A stretch of DNA of 39,996 bases, taken from the sequence record DRR378314_644. One strand, written 5' to 3'. This document shows, in pieces, positions 30,040 to 39,926 of the stretch. The notes under the pieces were generated by a model, which had not been told where the DNA came from, did no database searches, and worked only from the letters and a program-made list of their open reading frames with translations. How positions within the stretch are numbered: position 1 is the first letter of the stretch; each line of letters starts with the position of its first letter. The position numbers and the translations under genes were made by a program.

Positions 30040-30268
30040 TTGCATAATTATGAGAGCTGTATCAGAAAAGTCAGATTTTCAGGATAAACAGGGACAATGA
30101 TTTTCTTAGAGGTTAGGGTTTAATTTATTAAGATCAACTAGATACACCTTTTATGTTTTTATCTCATTAAAGTATGTATTGTTTTGCTAAGTGCATTTGT
30201 TGCCGCAATGGGATTCATTAACTAAAGTAAAAATATTCATTTTATTTAAGTTGTCATGATGAGCCCTT

Positions 30269-30673
30269 ATGGATATTTCCCATGTTAACCTTTTTGCTGT
30301 TTTTATTGCTGCGTTATCCTCATTTGCGTTAGGTGGGATTTGGTATTCCCCATTACTTTTTCAACGCGCTTGGATGGAAGCATGTGGATTGACTGAATTA
30401 GATTTGAAAACAGTAAACCCTAAAAAGGTTTTTGCCGGGAGTTTCGTTCTATCGTTATTAATTGCCCTCAGTTTGTCACTTTTTTTTGGACCAACCCCTA
30501 CTTTAGGCGTGAGTGTAGGCGCTGCTTTTCTAATTGGGCTTTGTTGGGTAGGAAGTGCTTACGGGATCACTTATTTGTTTGAACAACGCCCACTTAAATT
30601 GTTTTTGATTAACAGCGGTTATCATATCTTACAATTTACAATCATGGGCTTAATTTTGGGTTTGCTGCCTTAA
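30269..30673 (+). CDS. DUF1761 family membrane protein
   Basis: 'FALGGIWYSPLLFQRAW' and 'YLFEQRPLKLFLINSGY' patterns; 4 TM segments. Confidence 0.8.
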   Translation: MDISHVNLFAVFIAALSSFALGGIWYSPLLFQRAWMEACGLTELDLKTVNPKKVFAGSFVLSLLIALSLSLFFGPTPTLGVSVGAAFLIGLCWVGSAYGITYLFEQRPLKLFLINSGYHILQFTIMGLILGLLP

Positions 30674-30720
30674 GCTGATAAACTTCAAGCCTATTAATTG
30701 AACTTGTATTCTTGTGAGCT

Positions 30721-30972
30721 ATGGCAAAACCGAACAAAAAAGGCCCAACGAAAACGGTAGATATATTTTGTGGGCATTGTAAAACCCAGCTTTATAAATA
30801 CCGCAAAGGGGGAAAAGGCGCACTCGTTAAATGCTTTGTTGAGCGAATAAGCCAAGACTTCACTTCCACACCATGTATATGCCCTCAATGCGAGCGTCCC
30901 TTTGCCCGCGAAACTATGATCCGCGGCGCACCTGCTTATAAAATGATTGGTGGAAAAGTAACATTTAAGTGA
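30721..30972 (+). CDS. Small basic Zn-ribbon-like hypothetical protein
   Basis: CGHC...KC...CPQC, Lys-rich 'YKYRKGGKGALVKC'. Confidence 0.65.
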   Translation: MAKPNKKGPTKTVDIFCGHCKTQLYKYRKGGKGALVKCFVERISQDFTSTPCICPQCERPFARETMIRGAPAYKMIGGKVTFK

Positions 30973-31072
30973 CTTTGCAAAGCCTCAATGGACATGTTAC
31001 AAAGTAAACATTGTGGTAACATTTTTTGAACGGTTACCTTACAGATTTTTAATTGCAGTGAGGTATTTGAGT

Positions 31073-31288
31073 ATGGAAGGATATAATTTTGATGCGTCGG
31101 TTTTAATACCCATATTAACTATTTATAGCCTTATATTCATATGTTCAAACCTATGGGTATCAGCTGAGCACTCAGTATCGAAAAGAAAAGTTGTTCTTTA
31201 TTCGTTCTTTATTGGCATGTTCCTCACATTAATTTCGCCTTTGTATTTGTTTTTTAGATTGTATAAATATCGCTTTAAACACACTTGA
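31073..31288 (+). CDS. Small two-TM hypothetical membrane protein
   Basis: GAGGT SD before ATG 31073; two hydrophobic stretches; followed by hairpin AAACACAC/GTGTGTTT (31277-31302). Confidence 0.45.
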   Translation: MEGYNFDASVLIPILTIYSLIFICSNLWVSAEHSVSKRKVVLYSFFIGMFLTLISPLYLFFRLYKYRFKHT

Positions 31289-31713
31289 ATATCAGTGTGT
31301 TTTTGCGGTTAAAATTACTTTCAAAAAGACTAACTGCTAAATAGTTTTGGTTTATTACTCGGTTATTTACTCTGTATTACATCGAGGTGGGGCAATACAA
31401 TAACAAAGAACCGCTTTCCTCTTATGCAGATCAAATCAAGCGAGGCGATTCAACTGACTGTTGAATACGTATAATCAAAAGCCATCAGATACTTTTGCGA
31501 AGTAAATGCATTATGCAAAAATATAGTGCGACTATTTATTTAGCTTAAACTCCTTTTTAAATTCAGTTCATTTTAAAAGCGGACATTTATCCTGTGTCAA
31601 TTTTTCTACCCTGCTAAACTTACTCGGTTTGCTGTTTCAATGAATGAAAACAACCCTCCCCATGGAATGGGCCAGTAGTGTGGGTAATTATAGTAATGGA
31701 CAAGGGAAACCCC

Positions 31714-31977
31714 GTGATTGCACTTTTATTTGATATTATTGGTATGACAGGTACTTTTTTAGTTGTGGGCGCGTTTTTTATGCTGCAACTGGGCAAAGCA
31801 ACACCGACTGGTTTGCTTTATAACATAATGAATTTATCTGGTGCGATATTGTTACTGATAAGCCTTTGTTATAATTTTAATTTGGCGAGTTTTGTTATTG
31901 AGATTTTTTGGATAGCGGCGTCTTTAATCGGCTTGTACAAATATTTAAAAGCAAAACCAGTGACCTCAAACGCTTAA
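31714..31977 (+). CDS. CBU_0592-like small membrane protein
   Basis: 'DIIGMTG...LQLGK...YNIMNLSGAILLLISL..FNLASFVIEIFW' pattern; GTG 31714 with AAGGGA SD. Confidence 0.75.
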   Translation: MIALLFDIIGMTGTFLVVGAFFMLQLGKATPTGLLYNIMNLSGAILLLISLCYNFNLASFVIEIFWIAASLIGLYKYLKAKPVTSNA

Positions 31978-32092
31978 CACGCGAAAAATTTTAGAAAAAC
32001 CCGTACGCCGTGACACATTTGTATTAATATTGTAAATAGATGGTTATAATGCACCGTCGACCTTTTTTATTAATTACAGGTGTTGTGGCGTA

Positions 32093-34072
32093 ATGACTTT
32101 GAAGCAAACTTTTTGTCTGTATTTGTGCTTAAGCGCAGCCCCTATTTTAGCTGCAGAATCTGAAGATTTATTTTCAATGAGCTTTGAAGATTTGCTCAAC
32201 GTTCAAGTTGACATTGGCTCTAATACCTCAGAAACACTCGCCTCCGCTCCTTCCACTATTACCGTATTCAATAAACAAAAAATAAACCTTTTAGGTGTCG
32301 ACAGTGCCTACGAACTAATGAATTTCGTCCCAGGAATGCAATCTACACGTGGAGATTGGGTAGGCGCAGTACCAAAAGATCATGCGCGTGGGGTCTACTT
32401 AGATAGCGGCAATGTATTAGTTATGATCAACGGCGAGCGTATTAATGAATCGTCGTTTGGCAAAGCATCTGTTTACATGCCTTTTATACCCATCGAGATA
32501 ATTGAAAAAGTTGAGTTTATCCGTGGTCCAGGATCTGCACTCTATGGCAGTAATGCGTTTATGGGGGTGATGAACGTTGTCACAAAACATGACGTTAATG
32601 AAGTCACAGCGATGATAGGTTCAAACGGCAAACGAGGGGTATCGCTCAGTGCTCATTATCAATTTAATGAAGATGTAAACGCATTTACTTCTTTGGCAAT
32701 TAATAAAAAAGAGGGGGATTATTATCCTCAAGGTGTACGAGACCCTTTGGAATCAATATATTTTGAAGCGGGTGTTGACATAAACGAGCTTCAGATAAGA
32801 GGACGATACAACAAAGTTGAGCTTGATGAATTTATCAACCTTGCAGGTTATTCTAAACAAAATCAACATCAAAGTGAGAATCACTTTGTTTCAGTTGCCT
32901 ATGATTGGCTGCAAAATACAACAACACAATTAACAACAAAAGTGGCGTATTCAGAGCATGATATTCAAAGTGCTGGATTAATATTAGCGGCTAGCAATAA
33001 CCCCTTCGCAGAAAATGATTTTTTAAATGGTCCTGCGTGGACAACGTCTGATTTAAAAGTAAACATTGACTTTAAACACCAACTCACTAACGATTGGGTT
33101 GCTAATGCAGGGTATGAGTTCTCGGATGCGCAGCAAAAATCAGCTGGTGTACGAACAAACTTTTATGATCAAGTAAGTGGTAACATAATCCTTGATGATG
33201 CTTATTATTTAGGCCAAATTAGTACCATCAAAGAGTTTGCTCCTTTTGCCAGCCTTAAAGCCTCATTTGAAACACACAGTGTGTACGGGCAGTTAAAAAT
33301 CCCGTTGTCTGAATCTGTTACAGTTTTTCTTGGTAGTCGTTTTGACGATGTCAAAAATATCGAGAGTAAGTTGTCACCACGTTTTGCTACTATTTATCAA
33401 CCAACACCTGCGAATACATTTAAGTTACAGTATGGTGAATCATTCAGAACCCCAGTAACCAATGAATTATATTCAAATGATGATGTTACTGTAGGTAATC
33501 CTGAGCTGCGATCTGAATATGTTAAAACGACAGAGCTTGTATGGCGTCATGAGGCTAAGTCATGGCATTCAAATATGGTGCTATTTCACAATCAATTACA
33601 CGATTTTATCTCCACCATACCGCAGGAGAATAAGACCAACATGTTCACATTTTCAAATCAGCTTGATGATACAAACCGTGGTGTTGAGATTGATAGTAGA
33701 TGGAATATAACGCCTGAGGTTTCGTTGACAGGTACTTATACTCAGTACTTTGATGAGCCCATAAAACCGACTTTCAAACGGTTTGCAAGCATTATAAGTA
33801 GTTACCAGTTGGACCAATGGTTGTTCAGTATAAACGGTTTATGGCGCGGGGAAGTGAAAGGTGAAACTTTAACGGCGGCCCCCTTTGTACAATCAAGCTA
33901 TATGCTATTCTCAGCAACATCACGATATTCTATAAACGATAAAAGTCATTTAACTTTAAAAATGTATAACCTATTTGATAAGCAGTATAATACCTATGAT
34001 CCTCGCGTAGCTAATGGTGCAGTAGCTGGCGTATCTAGAGAAATATCGTTAAACTATTCAATGGACTTTTAA
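32093..34072 (+). CDS. TonB-dependent receptor (plug + beta-barrel)
   Basis: Signal peptide, 'DLFSMSFEDLLNVQV', 'VLVMINGE', 'EFIRGPGSALYGSNAFMGVMN', 'NPELRSE', 'NLFDK', C-terminal Phe. Confidence 0.9.
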   Translation: MTLKQTFCLYLCLSAAPILAAESEDLFSMSFEDLLNVQVDIGSNTSETLASAPSTITVFNKQKINLLGVDSAYELMNFVPGMQSTRGDWVGAVPKDHARGVYLDSGNVLVMINGERINESSFGKASVYMPFIPIEIIEKVEFIRGPGSALYGSNAFMGVMNVVTKHDVNEVTAMIGSNGKRGVSLSAHYQFNEDVNAFTSLAINKKEGDYYPQGVRDPLESIYFEAGVDINELQIRGRYNKVELDEFINLAGYSKQNQHQSENHFVSVAYDWLQNTTTQLTTKVAYSEHDIQSAGLILAASNNPFAENDFLNGPAWTTSDLKVNIDFKHQLTNDWVANAGYEFSDAQQKSAGVRTNFYDQVSGNIILDDAYYLGQISTIKEFAPFASLKASFETHSVYGQLKIPLSESVTVFLGSRFDDVKNIESKLSPRFATIYQPTPANTFKLQYGESFRTPVTNELYSNDDVTVGNPELRSEYVKTTELVWRHEAKSWHSNMVLFHNQLHDFISTIPQENKTNMFTFSNQLDDTNRGVEIDSRWNITPEVSLTGTYTQYFDEPIKPTFKRFASIISSYQLDQWLFSINGLWRGEVKGETLTAAPFVQSSYMLFSATSRYSINDKSHLTLKMYNLFDKQYNTYDPRVANGAVAGVSREISLNYSMDF

Positions 34073-34117
34073 AAGGGACGAGCGCCCTCATGTTTTTCTT
34101 TAGGTAAACGATACATA

Positions 34118-35854
34118 ATGCAGCGCATTTCAAAAAAATATATGGCGGGCTCAGGTGTTCTGCTTGTACTACTGGTTTGCGCATTTTGGTTTGGGCGTCA
34201 GTATGATTTACAACAAAGTGCAGGGCAAGCTAAACAGCAAGTCACGCAGTTAAGCCGATATTTAGATACCGAACTGGCTCGATTTTCTGCAATACCCCAC
34301 CTTGTGACAGACAATCAATTATTGTCTGGCTTTATTCAAAATGATAATAAATCGACCAATGCGGTTAATAACTACCTAGCAGATATTCAGCAATCAAGTG
34401 GTGCATCTGATGTATACCTATTAGATTTGAAGGGGGATGTTATTGCCTCGAGTAACTGGCAGTTAGACTATACATACATAGGAAACAATTTTGCTTTTCG
34501 GCCCTATTTTTATGAAGCTATAGCGGGCAATAAGGTGGCTTATTTTGCGCTTGGCCTACGTTCAAATGAGCGAGGGATTTACTTTTCAGAACCTATTTAC
34601 AAAAATGACGCTGTTATCGGTGTTGTCGCATTAAAAGTAAATGTATCGAAATTTGAAAATGACAGACAACTCCTTAATGCATCACAAACGAGTCACTTTT
34701 ATATGACAATGAGTGATGGTGTGATTGCAATTGCTAGTAAAGCCCCTTGGCGATTAAACACTCTAAGAACGTTTAGTGAAACTGAGCGACAGGCGCTTAT
34801 CTCTAAACGAAGCTACCTTGATCATATTCCAAAAAAAATAGTATCTCATATTAGTAGCAGCCGAGATATTAGGTTATTGAATATAATGCAGGGGGCAGGC
34901 CTTGCTCAGTATGTCTTTGCTGAATCAGACATTGAACAGCTAAACGCAAAGATTACTGTATTAGTGGATGTGTCGTCGGTTAACATTGCTCAAGTTTCTC
35001 GTCTTTTTTGGCTCAGTGTTTTTTACATTATTACTTTAGCTATTGGTTATGTCTTAATGTCTCGTTTTGCAGGCTATAAAAAGTTACTTTATTCGCGCCA
35101 TAGTCTTGAGCAAGAGGTTATAGAACGTACAGATGCATTAGAAAAAGCGCAAATTGCGTTAGTACAATCTGCCAAGTTAGCCACAATTGGGCAATTGAGT
35201 GCAGGCATAAACCATGAAATTAACCAACCTCTTAGTGCAATGAGTACCTATTTGTTCAGTGCAAAAAAACTGATTGCTAAGGGTAATGTTCAAGCAGCAG
35301 AAGATAACATTGTAATTGTGCAAGGGTTGATAGAGCGTGTACACCAAATTGTAGGTCAATTAAAACACTTTAGTAAACCAGCACAAACACAACTACGCTC
35401 ACAAAACCTATCTCAATTGTTAAAAAATGCGATGTTGATTGCTAGTGCGCAACTTAAACAAAATCAAATTACAGTACGACCCATCGAAATCGACGACTCG
35501 GTTACTGTTTGGGTCGATGGTATTAAGTTTGAACAAGTTTTAGTGAACGTAATCACAAACGCGAGCCAAGCAATGGCAGATCAAAACGTTAAAGAGCTGA
35601 GCTTTGAGCTTGAGCAATTTGACGGGCGAGTGAAGTTTTCAATACTTGATACTGGCCCTGGTATTGAACAGCACGCACTAGGAACCATTTTTGAGCCATT
35701 TTATAGTACCAAGTCCAGCAATGGTCTAGGCCTTGGTTTATCTATTTCAAAACAAATTATACACTCATTTGACGGTTACTTAACTGCGCATAATCGGCCA
35801 AGTGGAGGAGCACAATTTATTATTACCTTAGCCTCGGATAAAGGAAGTATATGA
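34118..35854 (+). CDS. dctB: C4-dicarboxylate sensor histidine kinase
   Basis: Periplasmic Cache with 'ASSNW..GNNFAFRPYF..YFALG..RGIYF'; 'QSAKLATIGQLSAGINHEINQPL'; 'DTGPG', 'GLGLGL'. Confidence 0.88.
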   Translation: MQRISKKYMAGSGVLLVLLVCAFWFGRQYDLQQSAGQAKQQVTQLSRYLDTELARFSAIPHLVTDNQLLSGFIQNDNKSTNAVNNYLADIQQSSGASDVYLLDLKGDVIASSNWQLDYTYIGNNFAFRPYFYEAIAGNKVAYFALGLRSNERGIYFSEPIYKNDAVIGVVALKVNVSKFENDRQLLNASQTSHFYMTMSDGVIAIASKAPWRLNTLRTFSETERQALISKRSYLDHIPKKIVSHISSSRDIRLLNIMQGAGLAQYVFAESDIEQLNAKITVLVDVSSVNIAQVSRLFWLSVFYIITLAIGYVLMSRFAGYKKLLYSRHSLEQEVIERTDALEKAQIALVQSAKLATIGQLSAGINHEINQPLSAMSTYLFSAKKLIAKGNVQAAEDNIVIVQGLIERVHQIVGQLKHFSKPAQTQLRSQNLSQLLKNAMLIASAQLKQNQITVRPIEIDDSVTVWVDGIKFEQVLVNVITNASQAMADQNVKELSFELEQFDGRVKFSILDTGPGIEQHALGTIFEPFYSTKSSNGLGLGLSISKQIIHSFDGYLTAHNRPSGGAQFIITLASDKGSI

Positions 35855-37215
35855 CTGAGTTAGAGCAACAGTGTAAACAGGTTATTGTGATTGATGATGA
35901 AGCAATGATCCGAGACTCTATCAAGCAGCTGCTTGAGATAGAAGGCTATGAAGTTCAATGCTTTAATGACCCACTTAGCGCTTTATCTAAGCTTACTCGA
36001 CGATTTAACGGTGTCGTGATCAGTGATATTAATATGCCAAAAATGGATGGTTTAGCGATGCTCGAGCAAGTCCGAGCATTTGATAGTGAGCTACCCGTTA
36101 TATTTTTAACTGGGTTTGCAGATGTCTCAGTTGCAGTTAAAGCTATGCAATTAGGGGCGTACGATCTCTTTGAAAAGCCACTCAACGAACAACTGCTGGA
36201 CTGCCTTGCACGCGCTTGCGATAAACGAGCTTTAGTGATGGAAAACCGAGCCTTAAAGTTAGCGGTTGAAAAAACATCTGCACCAGGGGTTAGAATTTTA
36301 GGCGAAACGCCACAAATGCAGCATATGATGCATCTTTTAAACACGGTAATTGATACTCCCGCAGATGTGATGATAGAAGGTGAAACTGGCACAGGTAAAG
36401 AGCTGGTGGCTCGATATTTACACGACCAAAGTAGCCGCTCCAATTGTAATTTTGTGGCAATAAATTGCGGTGCAGTGCCTGAACAATTAATCGAAAGTGA
36501 GCTTTTTGGTGCTGCCAGTGGCGCTTATACCGGTGCAACGCAGAGTCGCCAGGGTAAGTTTGAGTTTGCACAAGGCGGCACGGTCTTTCTTGATGAAATA
36601 GAAAGCACGCCAATGTCATTACAAATTAAACTACTACGTGTACTTGAAGAGCGAAAAGTAACCCCCGTTGGTGAAAATAAAGCGATTGATCTAGACGTTA
36701 GAATTGTTGCAGCGACTAAAGTTGATTTATTAACCTTGGTTGATGAGGGAAAGTTTCGCGCTGATTTATACTACCGCTTGAATTTGGTGAAAGTGAGCAT
36801 TCCTGCATTGCGCGATAGAAAACCAGATATTCCTTTATTGTTTAAGCATTTTAGCTCGATAGCCGCAACACGTTTTCACAAACCACCGGCACCATTGAAT
36901 GCTCAATCTCAACAGTATTTATTGCAGTATGATTGGCCTGGGAATGTGCGAGAGTTACGAAATCAGGCTGAACGTGCAGTTTTGTTAGGTGCTGATCTTG
37001 CTTTTGAGGCTAATAATGTCAATCAAGCAACCCCTCCTGTAGATCTAAGTTTAGCCGAAAAGGTTAGCTTTTATGAACAATCATTATTGGAGGAGGCGTT
37101 AGAGCGCCATCAAGGCAGTATTAAAGAAACTATGCAAACATTGCAACTTGCCCGAAAAACACTCTACGACAAGATGAGTAAGTATGGTTTGAATAAAGAT
37201 ATGTTTAAAGAGTAG
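35851..37215 (+). CDS. dctD: Sigma-54-dependent response regulator
   Basis: REC + AAA+ 'GETGTGKE', 'ESELFG..GAYTGA', 'FLDEIE', 'WPGNVREL' + HTH 'RKTLYDKM'; ATGA overlap with dctB. Confidence 0.9.
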   Translation: MTELEQQCKQVIVIDDEAMIRDSIKQLLEIEGYEVQCFNDPLSALSKLTRRFNGVVISDINMPKMDGLAMLEQVRAFDSELPVIFLTGFADVSVAVKAMQLGAYDLFEKPLNEQLLDCLARACDKRALVMENRALKLAVEKTSAPGVRILGETPQMQHMMHLLNTVIDTPADVMIEGETGTGKELVARYLHDQSSRSNCNFVAINCGAVPEQLIESELFGAASGAYTGATQSRQGKFEFAQGGTVFLDEIESTPMSLQIKLLRVLEERKVTPVGENKAIDLDVRIVAATKVDLLTLVDEGKFRADLYYRLNLVKVSIPALRDRKPDIPLLFKHFSSIAATRFHKPPAPLNAQSQQYLLQYDWPGNVRELRNQAERAVLLGADLAFEANNVNQATPPVDLSLAEKVSFYEQSLLEEALERHQGSIKETMQTLQLARKTLYDKMSKYGLNKDMFKE

Positions 37216-37258
37216 CCACCTAAAATGGGTGGTTTTGGTGACAGCTGTGTATTTTAAT

Positions 37259-37276
37259 TGTGTGACTTTCTACCCA
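37259..37276. promoter_or_regulatory. Candidate DctD upstream activator sequence
   Basis: Minus strand TGGGTAGAAAGTCACACA matches the rhizobial DctD consensus TGTGCGGAAATCCGCACA at 12/18, about 100 bp upstream of the expected start site. Confidence 0.4.
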
Positions 37277-37307
37277 TTCTAGTCTCTACTACTTTTGAGG
37301 TTGAATT

Positions 37308-37320
37308 TAACGTACTGATT
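37308..37320 (-). promoter_or_regulatory. IHF binding site
   Basis: AATCAGTACGTTA fits WATCARnnnnTTR; lies between the candidate UAS and the sigma-54 promoter. Confidence 0.6.
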
Positions 37321-37348
37321 TTAAATGTATTTAATGTTTATTTAACGA

Positions 37349-37365
37349 TTGGCAACATATTTGCC
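37349..37365 (+). promoter_or_regulatory. Sigma-54 (-24/-12) promoter
   Basis: TTGGCAACATATTTGCC: GG 37351-37352, 10 nt, GC 37363-37364. Confidence 0.8.
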
Positions 37366-37413
37366 TTTATTACTAGGAACAACAAATCATCCTAATAATA
37401 ATGAAGGCACATA

Positions 37414-38376
37414 ATGACTATAATAGATAAAAATCAAACATTACTAATTGCAGCTTCTACGGTTGCATTGCTTGCACCTTGGCAAAATGTTCACGGCGCA
37501 GAATATAACATTTACGGCAAGGCAGAAGTTCAAGTTGCGAACACGGACAAAGGCATAATGCGCTACGCCAATGAAGGCACGCAAATCGATGCGCCTTTTT
37601 CTCGTATTGGTGTTAAAGGTAATCACAAATTAACTGAATCACTTAGCGCCGTTTTCAAGTACGAAGTACAGGTCAAAGGGTTTGAACATGATAATGCCAA
37701 TGAGCCATTTAGTTCGCGTAATACTTACTTAGGTTTAAAAGGTAACTTTGGTGAAGTGGTTATCGGACGTAATGATACTCGATTTAAATATTCTGAAGGC
37801 AAAGTAGATAACTTTAATGAAACCCAAGCAGATATCGCTCAGCTTTTACCAGGGCAGGATAGACTGGGTGATACATTAACGTACACATCAAAATCTTTTT
37901 CGGGTGCGCAGCTATCCCTCACTTATGCGCCTAAAGATGACAGTGCAAATAACGAAGCTGGGTTTGCAGCAACTATAATTTATGGTGATCGTGGTTTAAA
38001 AAATAAAGATTACTATGTCGCAATCAGCCATGTTGACTCCTTAAACAATATTAATGCTACGCGCATAGCTGGTGTACTTAAACAAGCACAGTGGCAATTT
38101 GGCGCAATCTATCAGCGCAGTGAATCAATAGATGGTAGCAAATCAGGCAATGGCTATGTGGTTAGTGCCAGCTACAAAATGGGGCAGTGGGTGCCTAAAG
38201 TACAATTTGCCAGTGATGATTCGCAGTTACGCCATGCTAACGATGGTAGCCAGTGGACTGGTGGTGTAGATTATGTATTTGACAAGCAAACAACAGCTTA
38301 CCTTTTTTATACTGATCTAGATCTTGATCATCAAAGCGATAGCAGCCTTGCATTAGGCCTTAAGTACAAATTTTAA
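37414..38376 (+). CDS. Gram-negative porin
   Basis: Signal peptide, 'NIYGKAEV', 'SRIGVKG', 'RNTYLGLKGNFGEVVIGR', C-terminal 'LGLKYKF'. Confidence 0.88.
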   Translation: MTIIDKNQTLLIAASTVALLAPWQNVHGAEYNIYGKAEVQVANTDKGIMRYANEGTQIDAPFSRIGVKGNHKLTESLSAVFKYEVQVKGFEHDNANEPFSSRNTYLGLKGNFGEVVIGRNDTRFKYSEGKVDNFNETQADIAQLLPGQDRLGDTLTYTSKSFSGAQLSLTYAPKDDSANNEAGFAATIIYGDRGLKNKDYYVAISHVDSLNNINATRIAGVLKQAQWQFGAIYQRSESIDGSKSGNGYVVSASYKMGQWVPKVQFASDDSQLRHANDGSQWTGGVDYVFDKQTTAYLFYTDLDLDHQSDSSLALGLKYKF

Positions 38377-38386
38377 GGAATAAGTG

Positions 38387-39859
38387 ATGAGTGAAATAAT
38401 TAATAACAATCAAGGTAAGTCACCGCTTATGCAATATATTATGCTGTTGCTAGGTCCGTGCATTATGTTAATCACCTGTTTAGTTGATCCTCCATCGGGG
38501 CTGAGTGTTGCGGCTTTTAGAACCGCGGGTTTAGCATTTTGGATGGCATCATGGTGGGTCAGTGAAGTAGTGCCTATTCCTGCGACCTCACTTTTGCCAC
38601 TTGTGTTTTCACCTTTGGCAGATATTGCTTCAATTAAGAGCGTGGCCGCACCTTACGCCCATCCGTTAATCTTTTTATTTTTGGGTGGATTTTTAATATC
38701 TATTGCCATGGAACGATGGGGATTACACAAGCGTATAGCACTTAAAACAATGCTTTATGCAGGGTCAAAACCCAGTTACCAAATTTTAGCAATGATGCTT
38801 GTGACTGCCTTTTTATCAATGTGGATGTCCAATACAGCAACTGCAGTGATGATGTTGCCTATAGCACTATCTATTACACACTTAGTGCAACAATCTAATC
38901 CACACAACAATGGGTTTGGTAAAGCGTTGTTGTTGTCCATCGCTTATGGTGCCAGTATCGGTGGTATAGCTACATTGATTGGTACACCACCCAATGCGTT
39001 AATGGCTGCTTATTTGTCTGATAGCTACCAAATTGAAATTGGTTTTTCACAATGGATGATGGTAGGTGTGCCTTTGTCTTTGGTTATGTTGGTTATTTGC
39101 TGGGTTTGGTTAACTCAATTTGCCTATAAAGTAGATAAGACTGAGGCTGGGAGTGTAAAAGTAGACACTAAATCGTTATTTAGTACGCAGTTACTTGAAC
39201 TCGGTTCAATGCAACGTGCCGAAAAAGGCGTTTTAGCCGTATTTGCACTGGCTGCTGTGTGCTGGATTTTCAGGCCTCTACTTGCTGATTTTTCTGGTTT
39301 AAAAATATCTGATACCGGTATTGCAATTGCTGCGGCACTAATGTTGTTTGTATTACCTGCAAATAAAGGCAGTAATGAACGCATTTTAGATTGGCAAAGC
39401 ACATCAGGTGTTCCTTGGGGTGTATTATTGTTATTTGGTGGTGGCTTAACCCTTGCTGCTCAAATTAAGTCTTCTGGTTTAGCCGAGTACATTGCACACC
39501 TGATTGATGGTGCAGACACAATACCTTTGGTTTTGAGTGTATTATTGGTGGCAACTATGATCACATTCTTAACTGAAATAACAAGTAATACGGCAACGGC
39601 TGCAGGGTTCTTACCCTTACTTGGGCCAGTTGCTGAATCAATCACTGGAACTCCATTAGTGTGGGTTATTCCTGCTGCAATAGCATGTAGTTGTGCCTTT
39701 ATGATGCCTGTTGCAACGCCACCTAATGCGATAGTGTTTGGCTCGGGACAAATACAGATGCGAGATATGATCAGATCAGGGTTTGTCTTAAATATCATTG
39801 CAATCGTGCTGATCACATTAGTTACTATGACTCTAGCTGCATCAGTGTTTAATTTTTAA
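38387..39859 (+). CDS. DASS/SLC13 Na+-coupled di/tricarboxylate (or sulfate) symporter
   Basis: Two SNT motifs ('MSNTATA', 'TSNTATA'), 'IGTPPNA', 'MMPVATPPNA', 'WGVLLLFGGG'; start ATG 38387 or GTG 38384. Confidence 0.92.
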   Translation: MSEIINNNQGKSPLMQYIMLLLGPCIMLITCLVDPPSGLSVAAFRTAGLAFWMASWWVSEVVPIPATSLLPLVFSPLADIASIKSVAAPYAHPLIFLFLGGFLISIAMERWGLHKRIALKTMLYAGSKPSYQILAMMLVTAFLSMWMSNTATAVMMLPIALSITHLVQQSNPHNNGFGKALLLSIAYGASIGGIATLIGTPPNALMAAYLSDSYQIEIGFSQWMMVGVPLSLVMLVICWVWLTQFAYKVDKTEAGSVKVDTKSLFSTQLLELGSMQRAEKGVLAVFALAAVCWIFRPLLADFSGLKISDTGIAIAAALMLFVLPANKGSNERILDWQSTSGVPWGVLLLFGGGLTLAAQIKSSGLAEYIAHLIDGADTIPLVLSVLLVATMITFLTEITSNTATAAGFLPLLGPVAESITGTPLVWVIPAAIACSCAFMMPVATPPNAIVFGSGQIQMRDMIRSGFVLNIIAIVLITLVTMTLAASVFNF

Positions 39860-39926
39860 CTCCAACGGCGCTCGTATTTTGAGTTGCCTTGGTTAGAATT
39901 ACCCAACCAAGAGTGCTTATACTTTA

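Noticed and set aside
30174-30221. 15-aa Cys-rich ORF MYCFAKCICCRNGIH
   Set aside because: No SD, very short, and expected by chance in TG-rich intergenic DNA
31449-31486. Minus-strand micro-ORF MAFDYTYSTVS as a possible Tyr-sulfation substrate
   Set aside because: No properly spaced SD, far from the sulfotransferase, no supporting evidence
3133-39816. Many 60-160 aa ORFs nested in or antisense to long genes (e.g. 4543-4884, 6613-6984, 16595-16957, 23256-23648, 35955-36443, 39460-39816)
   Set aside because: Lie within well-supported genes, have shadow-ORF composition and no family motifs
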